Source of the DNA: Carpediemonas membranifera BICM
Lineage: Eukaryota > Protista > Fornicata
DNA length: 64,000 bases
Reading direction: 5' to 3'
NCBI GenBank assembly: GCA_019828565.1
Contig: JAHDYR010000019.1
Span: 117,984-181,983 of the forward strand
Shown: positions 49,081 to 59,962 of the stretch, piece after piece
Position numbering within the stretch: the first letter of the stretch is position 1
Layout: each line of letters opens with the position of its first letter
Made by a program: the position numbers and the translations under genes
The notes under the pieces: model-generated
What the model saw: the letters and a program-made list of their open reading frames with translations, nothing else
What the model was told of the DNA's origin: nothing
Database searches by the model: none

Positions 49081-52000
49081 TCATAGCTCCTCCATCTCTG
49101 GGAAGCACTCGAGAAGGCCCTCGAGCGTGTCGTCGTCAATCTCATCGCGGGTCATAGATTGGAATAGGAGATCGAACTGTCGGCGTATGCTGCTCATTCT
49201 GATAATCGTCCTGAAGAAATAAATGAAATAAAATACTGCAAGGAGGACGACGAATGCCGCAAAAATTAGCACAATATTCGTCTGTGTGTCGTTGATCTGG
49301 GAGATGAAGCGCCCCCGCATGTTGTACTGGAGCCAGTAGAGCCCCCCGCTCATGCTCAACACGGCCGTGTCGTTGAGGAATGCTTGGCCGGGGGCACTGG
49401 TCAGCCCGTCGTCAAGCTCGGCCAGCGCCAGGTCCGCGAAGGAAAGGTAGGCCTGAGCGAGGGCGAGCAGGCCCTGGCGAGCCTCCACGGGGCGGGTGTC
49501 GAGGCATGCGTCCGTGTGGAGCCTTAGACATTCCTTCGAGTGGAGGAGCAGCTCGATCTCGTCCTCGTTGTAGCCAGCCATCCAGTTGTCCGTCGCCATG
49601 ACGTGGGTCAGCCCTGTGGCGAGGGTTTTCATCGTCTGCCGGCCGTCTGCCCATGCCTCCTCGACGATGGCGAGGTCTTGGTTCAGACCGGCGAGGTAGG
49701 GGACGAACTGGCCGAGCACTGTGAGGTCGGTCCCAAACAGAGCCGCGGCCGTAGCAGTGCTCATGGGGGCGTCCGCGGCGCTCCAGGTGGACGCTGCCTC
49801 GAGCTGGTTGAGGTGGGCGAGCAGGAGGAGGGAGCGGTACTGTATGAAGATGTTCTCTGCGGTTTGGGTGATATCACTGGTCTGGAACAAGGCGTACCAG
49901 ATGAGGGCGACGAAGAGGAGGGCGAACGTCAACAGCCACAGCGAGAGCAGGGGCAGCTGGCGGATGGTGAAGGACACGCGGATGTGTCTTGCCCGCATCG
50001 CCCGAGTTCGGCCCGAAGAAAGATTCGGCTCGGGCTCCTCTACCACGCCTGCAAGCTTCACCGGCCCTGTCCGGACACTGTGGCTCGTCAGGCTGGACTT
50101 CCGGGTCCCGTGTCGTGAGGGCGCCTCGTCGGTGGATGAGCCCGTCGCCCCGGCGTCCCACACCATCGTGGTGTCGCTGTCGAAGGGTGACGCGAGCGAC
50201 TCAACGTCGTCATGCGACTCGTCCGGGTTGATCAGTTGAATGGAGCTAAACTGCACCTGACTCTGTCTGGGTTGACCCGGATCCGAACCGAGGAGGTCGA
50301 TAAGGCCGCCCGTGTCACTGTCAGAGTCGTTGAAATCTGAGACGGGTTGGCCTTGGGCCGCGTCTGTGAATCCGGCGAGTCTTCTCTTGCGCACGGCCCG
50401 CTTGGACCTCGACCGTTCGTACTTCAGGATGAGTTTGTCAAGTAATGTTGTCGGGACGCTGCTGAAGAGCTGGATGATATGGGCGTTGAACATGGCGTCC
50501 TGGGCCATCGGCACGATGTACAGCACGCCAGCAACAACCACAAAGCTAGCGAGGAAAATGACAAAGATGACTGCGAATGTCGTGAGTTCGACGAGGGGGA
50601 AGATCTGTGACATCTGGAACACGGAGTCCGCCACCTCGAACAGTCCATCCAGGGCCGTGTCTGCGAGGGTGTATTCGATCCCGAGGAGGTGGTCGGTCAG
50701 TTCAGAAGTGCAGGTTAAGACAGGATGGGGGTCGGCGGACGCCCGGGCGGCCTGGAGACAGAAGGTGACGTCCTCGGCGGCATAGACGGCATGGGAGATG
50801 AAGGAGTAGATGGACACCTCGTCGACCGAGGAGATAGCGCCCGCCGTGAACGTTGTTTCGTTGATTCTGCCGGAGATGAGGAGATCCTCGAGGTTGTATG
50901 CTCGCCGCGTGAGCGTCTTGATCACCGTGTTGATCGTCTTCGTGTATGATGACTCCGACACTGCGATGACGGTCCCATACGGATCCTCCTGCATCATCGT
51001 CCAGTCCTCAGTCTCGTATACATAGAGGAAGTTATGATATGTACCGAGGGCAGCGGATATGTAACTCTCGGCCAGCTCCTCGGTGACAGCCTTCCAAAAG
51101 GGACCGGCGCACTGCACAGCCGCTGCCAGAGTCACCGGCGACCCCTCTCTTAGGGTCGAAAGGCCCAGGCCGACCATCTGAACCCCAGTGGCGACACCAG
51201 AGGCCATGACCAGCTGCCACGAGATGAACCGACACAGCTGCAGGGCCGCGGCAACCATGAGTATGGCCGTGCTGAACAGCACTGCGATGAGGACGACGGA
51301 CCCGAGGGCACGGGTGTGCATCGAGACGAAGTTGGCGCTGCGACGGTGCAGGTCGAACATCGGCACCCTCGCTGCAGTCCTGCGGCGGCTGATCGCCCCG
51401 TGTTCGTTGCCTCGCACGACCTCGAGCTCGTCGGCCTGACCCTCGAGCGAGCAAACGTATTCAGCGGAGACGTCATCGCGGTAGATCATCCGGATATACT
51501 GAATATACGACCGCAACACGCGGGGCGTAGGGTCCTTGAGCATGCGGGCGTACAGCTTCTCCGTGGCAGTCAGCATGCTCTGGATACGGCGGATATGCCT
51601 CAAGAAATCCCTGAGTCGGCCAAGAGTCATCTTCTGGCTCTTCTGTGCCTCCACCAGTGTCCAGAACGACGCCAATGCATCTGTAAGCCTCCTCTGACTC
51701 CGGTGCAGCGTGTTCATGTTCCTCTGGGCCTCCACTTGTCCGACTGCGTTTGAGTCGCCGTGAAGAGACGAGGCGTACTTGCCGCATATGAAGTAGAAGT
51801 ATTGAGCGTCTATGGCGGTGAATGGCGCGTGGAAGACGTGTGAGGTGCTGTTGATCACGCTAGTGAGCGTCCTGCTCTTAAAACATGCGATAAAGTGCAC
51901 GTATGCCATCGTACTCAGAGCTGAACGACGCCATCTGGTCCGGGAGAACTGGAACAGCCGGATACACGCATCGATCTCCCGCTGCGTGGTCTCCTTGGCC

Positions 52001-52353
52001 TGTGCGATGTCCTCGCGCCAGTCCTCGGGGAGCAGGTCGTAGTCGATGGTACCGCCGTCAGTCATCCCGCCGTCGAACTCCATGATGGAGGTCGGCACGC
52101 GCCTCTCTATGTTCCTAATAACGCTCTGTTGCCGTCTAATGCGTCTAATCGTGCTCCTGAGAGCGATCTCCGTCTGGAACGGCAGCAGCATGGGCAGTGC
52201 CGGTCTGTTGGCCATCAGGGCTGTAACGTCGGTCGTATCGGCCGGCAGGGCCATCACACGACGGTACTTACCCACTGGGATCTCGAGCAGGAACATGTGC
52301 AGTGCGGGGAGGGCGCAGACGACGATGACCACGCCCAGGGCTACAGGCAGCAA
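49081..52353 (-). CDS. Multi-pass membrane protein resembling TmcB/TmcC-type sensor proteins; 5' end uncertain
   Basis: FW..V...LYARML..P.PRVLRSY.QY...IY.D helical motif followed by two TM-ectodomain-TM modules. The ORF starts at TTG; first ATG at 52296; an in-frame stop lies about 80 nt upstream. Confidence 0.6.
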   Translation of the reverse strand: MLPVALGVVIVVCALPALHMFLLEIPVGKYRRVMALPADTTDVTALMANRPALPMLLPFQTEIALRSTIRRIRRQQSVIRNIERRVPTSIMEFDGGMTDGGTIDYDLLPEDWREDIAQAKETTQREIDACIRLFQFSRTRWRRSALSTMAYVHFIACFKSRTLTSVINSTSHVFHAPFTAIDAQYFYFICGKYASSLHGDSNAVGQVEAQRNMNTLHRSQRRLTDALASFWTLVEAQKSQKMTLGRLRDFLRHIRRIQSMLTATEKLYARMLKDPTPRVLRSYIQYIRMIYRDDVSAEYVCSLEGQADELEVVRGNEHGAISRRRTAARVPMFDLHRRSANFVSMHTRALGSVVLIAVLFSTAILMVAAALQLCRFISWQLVMASGVATGVQMVGLGLSTLREGSPVTLAAAVQCAGPFWKAVTEELAESYISAALGTYHNFLYVYETEDWTMMQEDPYGTVIAVSESSYTKTINTVIKTLTRRAYNLEDLLISGRINETTFTAGAISSVDEVSIYSFISHAVYAAEDVTFCLQAARASADPHPVLTCTSELTDHLLGIEYTLADTALDGLFEVADSVFQMSQIFPLVELTTFAVIFVIFLASFVVVAGVLYIVPMAQDAMFNAHIIQLFSSVPTTLLDKLILKYERSRSKRAVRKRRLAGFTDAAQGQPVSDFNDSDSDTGGLIDLLGSDPGQPRQSQVQFSSIQLINPDESHDDVESLASPFDSDTTMVWDAGATGSSTDEAPSRHGTRKSSLTSHSVRTGPVKLAGVVEEPEPNLSSGRTRAMRARHIRVSFTIRQLPLLSLWLLTFALLFVALIWYALFQTSDITQTAENIFIQYRSLLLLAHLNQLEAASTWSAADAPMSTATAAALFGTDLTVLGQFVPYLAGLNQDLAIVEEAWADGRQTMKTLATGLTHVMATDNWMAGYNEDEIELLLHSKECLRLHTDACLDTRPVEARQGLLALAQAYLSFADLALAELDDGLTSAPGQAFLNDTAVLSMSGGLYWLQYNMRGRFISQINDTQTNIVLIFAAFVVLLAVFYFIYFFRTIIRMSSIRRQFDLLFQSMTRDEIDDDTLEGLLECFPEMEEL

Positions 52354-52782
52354 CCGGTACTCGGCCAGGAATTGCTGTGGGGAAAAGAACTCGTCATTTC
52401 GCCAAAAGCGTTCAATCTTAGCGGCTGGGCGGGATCAGACCTTGTATGGGGCGACAGCCGACGCTCTCAGCACCTGTTTTGCTTGGGGTCAGGCTGGGGA
52501 CCGGTATTTCCACAAGGAGACACTACCCTCACTTCAAGCTCAGACTCGGGCGTTTAAACAGTAATAAGTAGCCCCCCCCCCACATGCGCACGGGTTGGCT
52601 CGGCCGATAACTGTGTCAAGCCAGTTTTTTCGCAGCGTCGAAGATTTCGAGATTTCTGTGGTAACTTTTGGTGACAATCAACCTCGGCACATTCCTTAAA
52701 TCTCGCGGTATTGGCTCTCTTATGACGCAGACAGATCCCCCAGTAGCGCGCCTTTATCAATTGAACTCGTATCCCTCGCCAC

Positions 52783-54336
52783 TCATACGAAAGAAAGCCG
52801 CCCCTCCTCGACGTCGACCATCTCATCACGGTCGTCCAGCCCGAACTCCTGAAGCAGCCGCTCCGCCTCGATCCTGATGCTCGCCTTGGGGTTCGACGCG
52901 AGAAGGGATATGCGGTCGACCCCCTTATACATGTGCAGGAGGTCGATAAATGGGTTCACCGACGGGTCTAGCGAGCCGCACGCCGTCAGAATGTTCCTGA
53001 TACTCTCGAGAACCACGACGTACCAGGCCGAGCTGCGGCCGGGGCTGGGGGCGAGGCAGTCGCACAGCAAGCGGATGAGACCGTGGTCCGAGGCGGCTGT
53101 GGTCAGCTGGGACAGAGACGCGTTCATCGTAAAGTTCCGGATGAAGAATACCGCCTCCCGCCGGATGGCGTGCGACCCCTGCTCTACCAGCCTGGTGACC
53201 ACGGGCAGCACGCCCTCTGCCAGGGCGGCCGTGAGCTGCGACTGGGTGCCGGCAGCAACGTTGGAAAGCGCCCACAGAGCCTCCCTGACAATAGGGTCGG
53301 GTCCCGTCGAGACGACCTGGGCGAGGGCGGGTAGACCGCGGGCACTGATGACGAGGTCGACAAATGAGTCGTCGTCTGCGGACGTAACATTGCCCAGGAT
53401 ACGAATGGCCTCTGCGGCAACCGACCGGGGAGCTGATACCATGGTGACAACAAAGGGGATCATCCCTGACCGGCAGACCGCAGCAATGTCCGCGTCGTCC
53501 CCCGCACAGCAGAACCCCACGGCGCGGAGGACGTCGGACAGGGCGTTGTTCACCTCGGGATCGCCCAGAGTGTGGTCCAGCCGCCCGATGAGACGGCCCA
53601 GTGCGGGTAGGGTCTCGTGGAGCTGGTCCCGGGCCGCCCTGGACTCCGGGGGGAGCTGCTGGGCGATACAGCCGACTGCCCAGGTCAGCGTGCGGCTGCT
53701 CTTCAGAGAGGGGTTCGCGTCGAGCAAACTGACGGCGCGGGGCACAAACCCGTTGGCGATGATGGACTCGGCGAATCCTGCCTTGAGGTCGCACACGAGG
53801 TTGCCGAGACACCAGATAGCCTGTGTCGCTACAGCGTCGTCCGAAGAGTCCATTGCTCTGAACAGGACAGGAACAGCACCCGCCCCGACGACCTGGCCGG
53901 AGTAATCGTCTGATGAGCACAGGTTCGTGAGCAACCAGGCGGACTCGAGTCGCAGTCGGGGCGACGGCGCCGTGTCAAGGAGGTTCACGGCGATAGGGAG
54001 GATTCCCGCCCGGAGGATGGCGTCGAAGATCACCGCGCGGCTGAGGGATGCGGCCAGGCGTACCTGGAACGCTGCCTGCAGCTGGGCAGTGTGGTCGTCG
54101 CTTTGAAGACGAGTAGCGCATTCGAAGAACTCGTCGTCGGTGTCTGGACGCGGAAGATTGGCAAAAATGCTTTCATCGATGTCCTCTACCGCAGAAAAGT
54201 CTTGTTCAGCTGATATGCATGCGACAGCAACAAAAGTCTCTTCTCGCTTCTGCTTCCGAAGAGTATTGATATCATTCTCCCGGTTTTTGCGTCCACCAAC
54301 AGCATCGAACCCCTTCCTGACATTCCGATCAGCCAT
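52783..54336 (-). CDS. KPNA: Importin-alpha (divergent)
   Basis: IBB-like RKNRE....LRKQKREE; ARM repeats ESAWLLTN, QAIWCLGN, IRILGNV, EALWALSNVAAG. Confidence 0.85.
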   Translation of the reverse strand: MADRNVRKGFDAVGGRKNRENDINTLRKQKREETFVAVACISAEQDFSAVEDIDESIFANLPRPDTDDEFFECATRLQSDDHTAQLQAAFQVRLAASLSRAVIFDAILRAGILPIAVNLLDTAPSPRLRLESAWLLTNLCSSDDYSGQVVGAGAVPVLFRAMDSSDDAVATQAIWCLGNLVCDLKAGFAESIIANGFVPRAVSLLDANPSLKSSRTLTWAVGCIAQQLPPESRAARDQLHETLPALGRLIGRLDHTLGDPEVNNALSDVLRAVGFCCAGDDADIAAVCRSGMIPFVVTMVSAPRSVAAEAIRILGNVTSADDDSFVDLVISARGLPALAQVVSTGPDPIVREALWALSNVAAGTQSQLTAALAEGVLPVVTRLVEQGSHAIRREAVFFIRNFTMNASLSQLTTAASDHGLIRLLCDCLAPSPGRSSAWYVVVLESIRNILTACGSLDPSVNPFIDLLHMYKGVDRISLLASNPKASIRIEAERLLQEFGLDDRDEMVDVEEGRLSFV

Positions 54337-54463
54337 GCTGTCTGTTTCAGCGACTGATACACATGGCTTCGCATAATTCGCGTAGACGAAACAGATATGT
54401 TTAAACGTCAGAACGCCAAGACCCCAAGACTGAAGCCCGCATCGTCCTCTGTATCATGTTTAC

Positions 54464-55307
54464 TCACCCTTCATGTACCTTCTGGACCAATACCAGACCC
54501 GCCCTGACGGCAGGAATGCTGAACTTCAGCTTGTCCTGGCCCACCGTCCGCACGAGCACGTAGTCCTGCGCCACGGTCACAATCTGGCCGGAGTAAGAGA
54601 CGGGGTCAGTGTCAGGCCCGCCGACCGTCTCCCGAAGCTGGGTGATGATGATGCTGTCGCCCCTGGAGAACCGTTGGCCGCAGATCATGAGCTCCAGGGA
54701 CCTCTTGTCTGATGTGATATATACAAGCTTCTCGATGGTGTCCAGGCCGGGTTCTCCCCTGCGGATGGCCTTGAGGTCCTCGTGGATCTCCGTCTGGGAA
54801 AAGGGGTCGATGCTCACCCATTCCTTGTAGGACTTGGTAGTTGAGCGGGTGGACCTGCGCCGTGGCGCCTCTTCGTCGGCCTCTGCCTTGACAGGAACCT
54901 CGGGGAGCGCCTTTCTGAAGCTGAACTTGTGGAGCTCCTCTGCATACGACCGCCGGCTTTCGTTGATCTGCTGCAGTACGACATTCTTAACACGGTTCCT
55001 GGAGGTGTCGTAGTCCTCGTCGATTGCCTTGCGCTCGGCCCTGTACTGCCGCATGAGGAGCTCCGTGTCGGCACGCTGGGCGAGATCCAGGACCGACATC
55101 TCCCGCTCATGCTCCCTGGTGGCTTCATCGACCAGGGTTTGAAGCTCAAGCGATTCATTCTGAGTAAAGGCGTCGTTGTGCACCTACGTTCAAGATTCTC
55201 CCGACCTGTTCTGTGATACTCTTACTGTATTTCTCAAACAACTTTCTCTGAAGCTCTGCGATCTGTTTCCTCTTACTATCATCTTCTATCACCTTTGTAT
55301 CTGCCAT
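54464..55307 (-). CDS. SDS3: Sds3/BRMS1-like Sin3-HDAC complex subunit; exons 55307-55188 and 55159-54464
   Basis: N-terminal coiled coil, EIHEDLKAI motif, C-terminal beta-rich module GQRFSRGDSIII...GQIVTV....VLVR....KLK. Confidence 0.65.
55160..55187 (-). other. Spliceosomal intron, 28 nt
   Basis: GTAGGT...TTTACTCAG; links the ATG at 55307 in frame. Confidence 0.75.
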
Positions 55308-55807
55308 TAGGTCCTGCTAGGCGGGAGTGCAGCGATATGCACAAATTGGCAATGGAAGTCGCGATCCCAAATCATCAAAGAGTCGTCAAGTCATCTCACA
55401 TCTCAGCAGCAGTCAGAGAAATCTCAAGATCAACGTCGACGTCGGCATCATGTCAGGCTCCAACAGTAGTACAAGCCATTCGTGTCCAACCTGGCCAGTC
55501 ACATTGCCCGGACTCAAGCCTCAGGGTCGGGCATAGCAGCGGTAACTGCGGAGAATTACAGCAAGTCTGAGGTAATGAATCGTGCCAGACCAAGAGCACT
55601 GGTTTGCTGGTCGGAATATCTTGCGAGAGACGCCGTGACACTGCATCAGTCAGATTACTGCAGTGCATCATTGCTTTCCCTATAATTATACTCGTATCAA
55701 CGCTCGTCGTACTGTAGAGTGTGCCAGTTCCAAGGTAATTGCCTCATCCAAAATGATCGGATCATTTTTTTCATGAAAAAAGACTGAGAACGCTCGTTCG
55801 AGAAAAC
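55308..55807. promoter_or_regulatory. Divergent strand-switch region, probable bidirectional promoter
   Basis: 500-bp gap with no credible ORF between head-to-head Sds3 (-) and RPL36 (+); A/T tracts near 55765-55781. Confidence 0.5.
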
Positions 55808-56049
55808 ATGCCTTCCCAGCGTGCTGCTTTCCGTAACACTGTTGTCCGCGAGATCGTTGGCTTCGCTCCCTACGAGCGCCGTGCCCTTGAGGCCCTCAAG
55901 ATTGGCAAGGACAAGCGTGCCCTTAAGTTCCTCAAGAAGCGCGTATGTTTCACTCTTAATAGGTCTTTACATAGCTCGGCACCCACTCCCGCGCCAAGGC
56001 AAAGCGTGAAGAGCTCAGCAAGGTTCTGATGCACCAGCGTGCTCACTAA
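55808..56049 (+). CDS. RPL36: 60S ribosomal protein eL36 (69 aa); exons 55808-55942 and 55975-56049
   Basis: [33 protein letters not shown]|[14 protein letters not shown]. Confidence 0.95.
55943..55974 (+). other. Spliceosomal intron, 32 nt
   Basis: GTATGT...TTTACATAG; restores KKRLGTH. Confidence 0.92.
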
Positions 56050-56362
56050 GCGGTATTAAACGACGGTTCGTTGTGGCGTACAATTTGTAGCGCCACTGAG
56101 AGACTCCTGAGGGAGTTTGTGGCACACCTGATGGACTTTATCTTTCTTTGAGATGGCGAGTATGTCATGTCATGTTCATCGTCGTTGCCTGTCGGCGGAT
56201 GAATGCTACTCGCTGAATGTGTAAGGAGGGCCTAAGAAATGCATCTATCACGCTGAGAGAGAAGACAAGGCTACGTCTCGGGTGGCCGGGTCCATTTATA
56301 TGAGCGATAAATGGGTTTGTTCGTGAGGTTGGTTGCACGCTGAAGCGTAGAGAACTGCTGAG

Positions 56363-57043
56363 ATGAATCAGAACACAAATAACCACTCCGATGAAGTGAT
56401 CTGGAACGTTCTGAAGCATAGCTTTTGCTCACACATGGTGAAGACGAAGAAACAGACGTTGTGCCGCTATAGGTACAATGTGAGCGGCGTTTGTGATAGA
56501 AAGAGTTGCACTCTGGCTAACGCGGAGTATGCTACCATCCTAGAGGAGAAGGGCAAGCTCATCCTGTTTGTGAAGGCCGCCGAGCGTGCTTACAATCCCG
56601 CCGATATGTGGGAGCAAACCGAGCTCTCCACGGACCTGGAGGAGGCCAAGCAGCAGATCACGACCGAGGCAGGGCATCTGGACCAGTATATTATCGATAA
56701 CCTCCACAACCGGTTCGAGCGCCTCACCGCCATGCTCAAGAGGATGAAGTCGCTCAAGAACAAGGTCCAGCCCAAGCTCGTCGCCATCAACAAGAAGGTC
56801 GAGCGTCGTGAGCGGACCCGGCAAGCCAAGGCGCTCGTTGCTGCCAAGATCGAGGGCGGCATCAAGAGTGAGCTGCTCGCCAGACTCAAGGAGGGGTCGG
56901 CGTACAACGACATCTACAACTTCCACAAGGAGGCGTATGCTGATGAGGAGGAGGAAGAAGACGCCGGGTTTGACCAGGAGTTTGTCGGGGAGTTTGAGTA
57001 CGAGGCCGAACTCGAGGACATGGAGGACACCCTCCAGGAATAA
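56363..57043 (+). CDS. MAK16: MAK16 60S biogenesis factor
   Basis: SDEVIWNVL..SFCS, CRYRYNVSGVC.RKSCTLAN..YAT, KKVERRE..R..KAL.AAKIE..I..ELL.RL, acidic tail. Confidence 0.93.
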   Translation: MNQNTNNHSDEVIWNVLKHSFCSHMVKTKKQTLCRYRYNVSGVCDRKSCTLANAEYATILEEKGKLILFVKAAERAYNPADMWEQTELSTDLEEAKQQITTEAGHLDQYIIDNLHNRFERLTAMLKRMKSLKNKVQPKLVAINKKVERRERTRQAKALVAAKIEGGIKSELLARLKEGSAYNDIYNFHKEAYADEEEEEDAGFDQEFVGEFEYEAELEDMEDTLQE

Positions 57044-57146
57044 GTAAACATATGCGGTTCAGACGACACGGCGTCCCAGAGCAGGGATCCAACGACGACT
57101 GGTGATCGATTTGCCAGTTTTGGCCACAAAATTCGTCATCATACAA

Positions 57147-59042
57147 ATGTCTGTGAGACTGGAGCTAGAGCACGCTATAGGGCTTTCTTCAATCGCTAAT
57201 GTGCTAAAAATCCATCCTGATGGCCAACATTTGATCTATCCCGCCTGTGGAACAGTAATCATCAGCGACATGCTTGATCCTACCGATCAGGCGTTCATGA
57301 GAGGCCACAACGACCACATCACATGCCTTGATGTGTCCAGATCCGGGAAATTCATTGTTACTGGCCAGGCTGGCTACGATTCGGACGTCATTCTGTGGGA
57401 CTACGACAAGAAGACGATGCTCAGCCAGCTGTCGGAGCACGATAACGGCGTCAACGCAGTATCCTTCGCCCCCGATGAGCGTTTCTTCGTTTCCGTCGGC
57501 TGTGTCCACGACCGCAAGCTCATTGTCTGGGAGACTGCGACCGGCTCCATCGTCGCCATCACCGGCGTGAACTACGACGTCAAGGTTGCCTCCTTCCTCG
57601 GCCGCACGGTAGATCTCAAGGGCAGGCCCCAGTCGACCTACCGCATCGTCACCTGTGGCAGCGAGGGCCAGCTCGACGAGTGGATCCTCAACCCGGCTGA
57701 CGGGACCATCGCCCAGAGACCCATGGGCACCAGGTCGGTCCAGCGGTCCTTCCTCTCAATCCAGGCCAGCCCGGACGGCCAGCACATTTTCGCTGCGACG
57801 TATAGTGGAGATGTACTAATTTTCTCGGTTACCACGGGCAAGCTGGTCCAGACAGTGCCTGTGTCCGACGGCGAGGCGAATACTATCATCGTCGAGCCTA
57901 TCGGACATGCCGCGAACGAGCCGTCCGATGCCACCGAGCGTTTCTACTACCGCACATACGCCGCCGAGGGCCAGGCGACGACCACGCTTTCCGTAGCAGG
58001 TGGGGATGGACTGGTCTACACGTACGAGGGCCACCCCGGAGCGACGTGGGTTAAGGTGGATGCCGTCGCCGTCGATGCGGGGGTCACCTCACTGTGCAGG
58101 GACCCCACCGGCGGCTGCGTCGGCTGCACCAAGCGCGGCACGATCTTCCGCATTGACGTGGACGGTGTCGTGGACACCGTGGCCGAGAACCACACGGGTC
58201 CCATCGTCGGGTCAGCCTTCCTCGACCAGACGGAGGAGCTCTTCGTCGCCGTGTCGGAGGATAAGACCGCCAGGGTCTGGGATCTTGCAGACTACGGCGT
58301 CGCACTCACCGTGCGGCTGCCGTACGTCCCCACATGCGTCGCCATCGCCGACATCTGCATCCTTGTCGGCTTCGAGAACGGATGCGTCGGGTGCTACGAC
58401 GCAGAGACCGCTGAGGAGCTTTGGACAGTCGCTGACGCGGACCCACAGGGCGTCACGTCCATCGCAGCCAACGCCAGGGACGCTGTCTTCGTCACAGGCG
58501 GCCGCACGGGCGATGTTCGGCTTTGGACATTCCGTAGGGCCCTCAAGTTCAGCGCCAAGGAGCATCGGGGATCAGTGACCGACGTGGTACTGCTCAACGA
58601 CGGCCAGCACGCCCTGACATCCGGCCAGGACCATAGCCTCATCCTATGGGACCTGGCTCGCGGTTGCAGAGTCAAGCAACTGCTTCTCAAGTCAGGCAGC
58701 GTCAACGGTATCGCGTTGGGCCAGGACCAGCGGTATGCCGTCTCTATCGGATCAGATCGCCGTATCCATTACTGGGATCTAGCCAAGGAAACTCCGATCC
58801 TGGTCAACGGGGCACACGACGCCGAGATCACGGCCGTGGCTCGTGTCAAAGATCTCGTCGTGACCGGTGACTCGGATGCGACTGTGCATTTATGGGAATG
58901 GGACGAGCGTGACCCGCCGACGGAGCCTCTACAGGCCGTCCGAATCCACTCGGCCGCTGTGACGTCGATCATCGGGCAGGGTGACGTGGTGGTGACTGGT
59001 GGTGCTGATGACAACCTCATGGTCTGGCGTATTGTGGAATAA
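57147..59042 (+). CDS. CFAP52: CFAP52/WDR16-like WD40 flagellar protein
   Basis: LELEHAIG...HPDGQHLIYP..GTVII...QAFMRGH...CLDVSRSGKFIVTGQ; many WD repeats. May be a paralogue. Confidence 0.7.
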   Translation: MSVRLELEHAIGLSSIANVLKIHPDGQHLIYPACGTVIISDMLDPTDQAFMRGHNDHITCLDVSRSGKFIVTGQAGYDSDVILWDYDKKTMLSQLSEHDNGVNAVSFAPDERFFVSVGCVHDRKLIVWETATGSIVAITGVNYDVKVASFLGRTVDLKGRPQSTYRIVTCGSEGQLDEWILNPADGTIAQRPMGTRSVQRSFLSIQASPDGQHIFAATYSGDVLIFSVTTGKLVQTVPVSDGEANTIIVEPIGHAANEPSDATERFYYRTYAAEGQATTTLSVAGGDGLVYTYEGHPGATWVKVDAVAVDAGVTSLCRDPTGGCVGCTKRGTIFRIDVDGVVDTVAENHTGPIVGSAFLDQTEELFVAVSEDKTARVWDLADYGVALTVRLPYVPTCVAIADICILVGFENGCVGCYDAETAEELWTVADADPQGVTSIAANARDAVFVTGGRTGDVRLWTFRRALKFSAKEHRGSVTDVVLLNDGQHALTSGQDHSLILWDLARGCRVKQLLLKSGSVNGIALGQDQRYAVSIGSDRRIHYWDLAKETPILVNGAHDAEITAVARVKDLVVTGDSDATVHLWEWDERDPPTEPLQAVRIHSAAVTSIIGQGDVVVTGGADDNLMVWRIVE

Positions 59043-59962
59043 AGAGCTTTTTCTTCTTCTCCGGGGATGCTCTTTTGGGACGTTGATTGTTTATCTCTCG
59101 GGATGCAAACTGTGCTTTGTCCAATGCACTGATGAAGCATGCGGGTAACCCATGGACACCTCATCGGGTGTCCAAGGAAGACAGCCAAATACCTTCCAAT
59201 CACATGAGGCCATTGAAGATTCCCATTTTTTATCAGTGGTTCTGACTCTCGCCAGTCAATACAGGCTGGGGTTGTCAGCACTTCTGAACCGACTGGACTT
59301 GGTAGATGACGGGGGTGACATTAAAGTCTGATCGAGTCGAAGTGTTTGATATCCAGTCGGCCGACTCAGTGACAAGCAGCAATTCCGGAGAGAACTTCGA
59401 GCGAGATTGAACTCAAGAAGGACCCGTGTCACCCAATGTCTCAAGTCATGACATCAATGTGAGTCAACCGGATCATTGGAATTTCATCATCATGACAATT
59501 TTGGTTGGCGAACTTCATGAACGAGCCGGCCTACAAAGACGCGAGGTTACTTGCCTCCAGCTGCCCTCACCATGGTCCAAAGGCATGCCTAGGACATGGA
59601 ATGTGGACGTAGGTAAGGTCCCCTTTGACCAGTCGGGCAACGAACGGTTGGGTTGCCTAAACTGCTGAGAATCACTTGATCACCGAAATCATCGTCTGAG
59701 CAACTCTGTAATCAGCAACCATGGTCCTGCCGAGCATCTTCAAAAAGTCTGCTGTTTTCCCGTCGCGACCACCGTTGACCTTTCCGATAACTTGTCTTCC
59801 GATTTTGAGCGCGGCGAAAATTGGCAGCTACCCTTTCCATCATTTCTGCGTCTTTCCAGGCGGCTGCCGGGCGGTATCGGCTGACGAGTGGAGATTTACG
59901 GATTCTTTTTCTTCCTGTCGACTCCATCTGAAGTTACTCACAAAGAGCGAGCTAGTGACGAG

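Noticed and set aside
59125-59250. C/D snoRNA or hammerhead (CTGATGA at 59130, hairpin GGACACC/GGTGTCC, CTGA at 59242)
   Set aside because: No GAAA core for a hammerhead, no terminal stem, and no rRNA-complementary guide that I could recognise.
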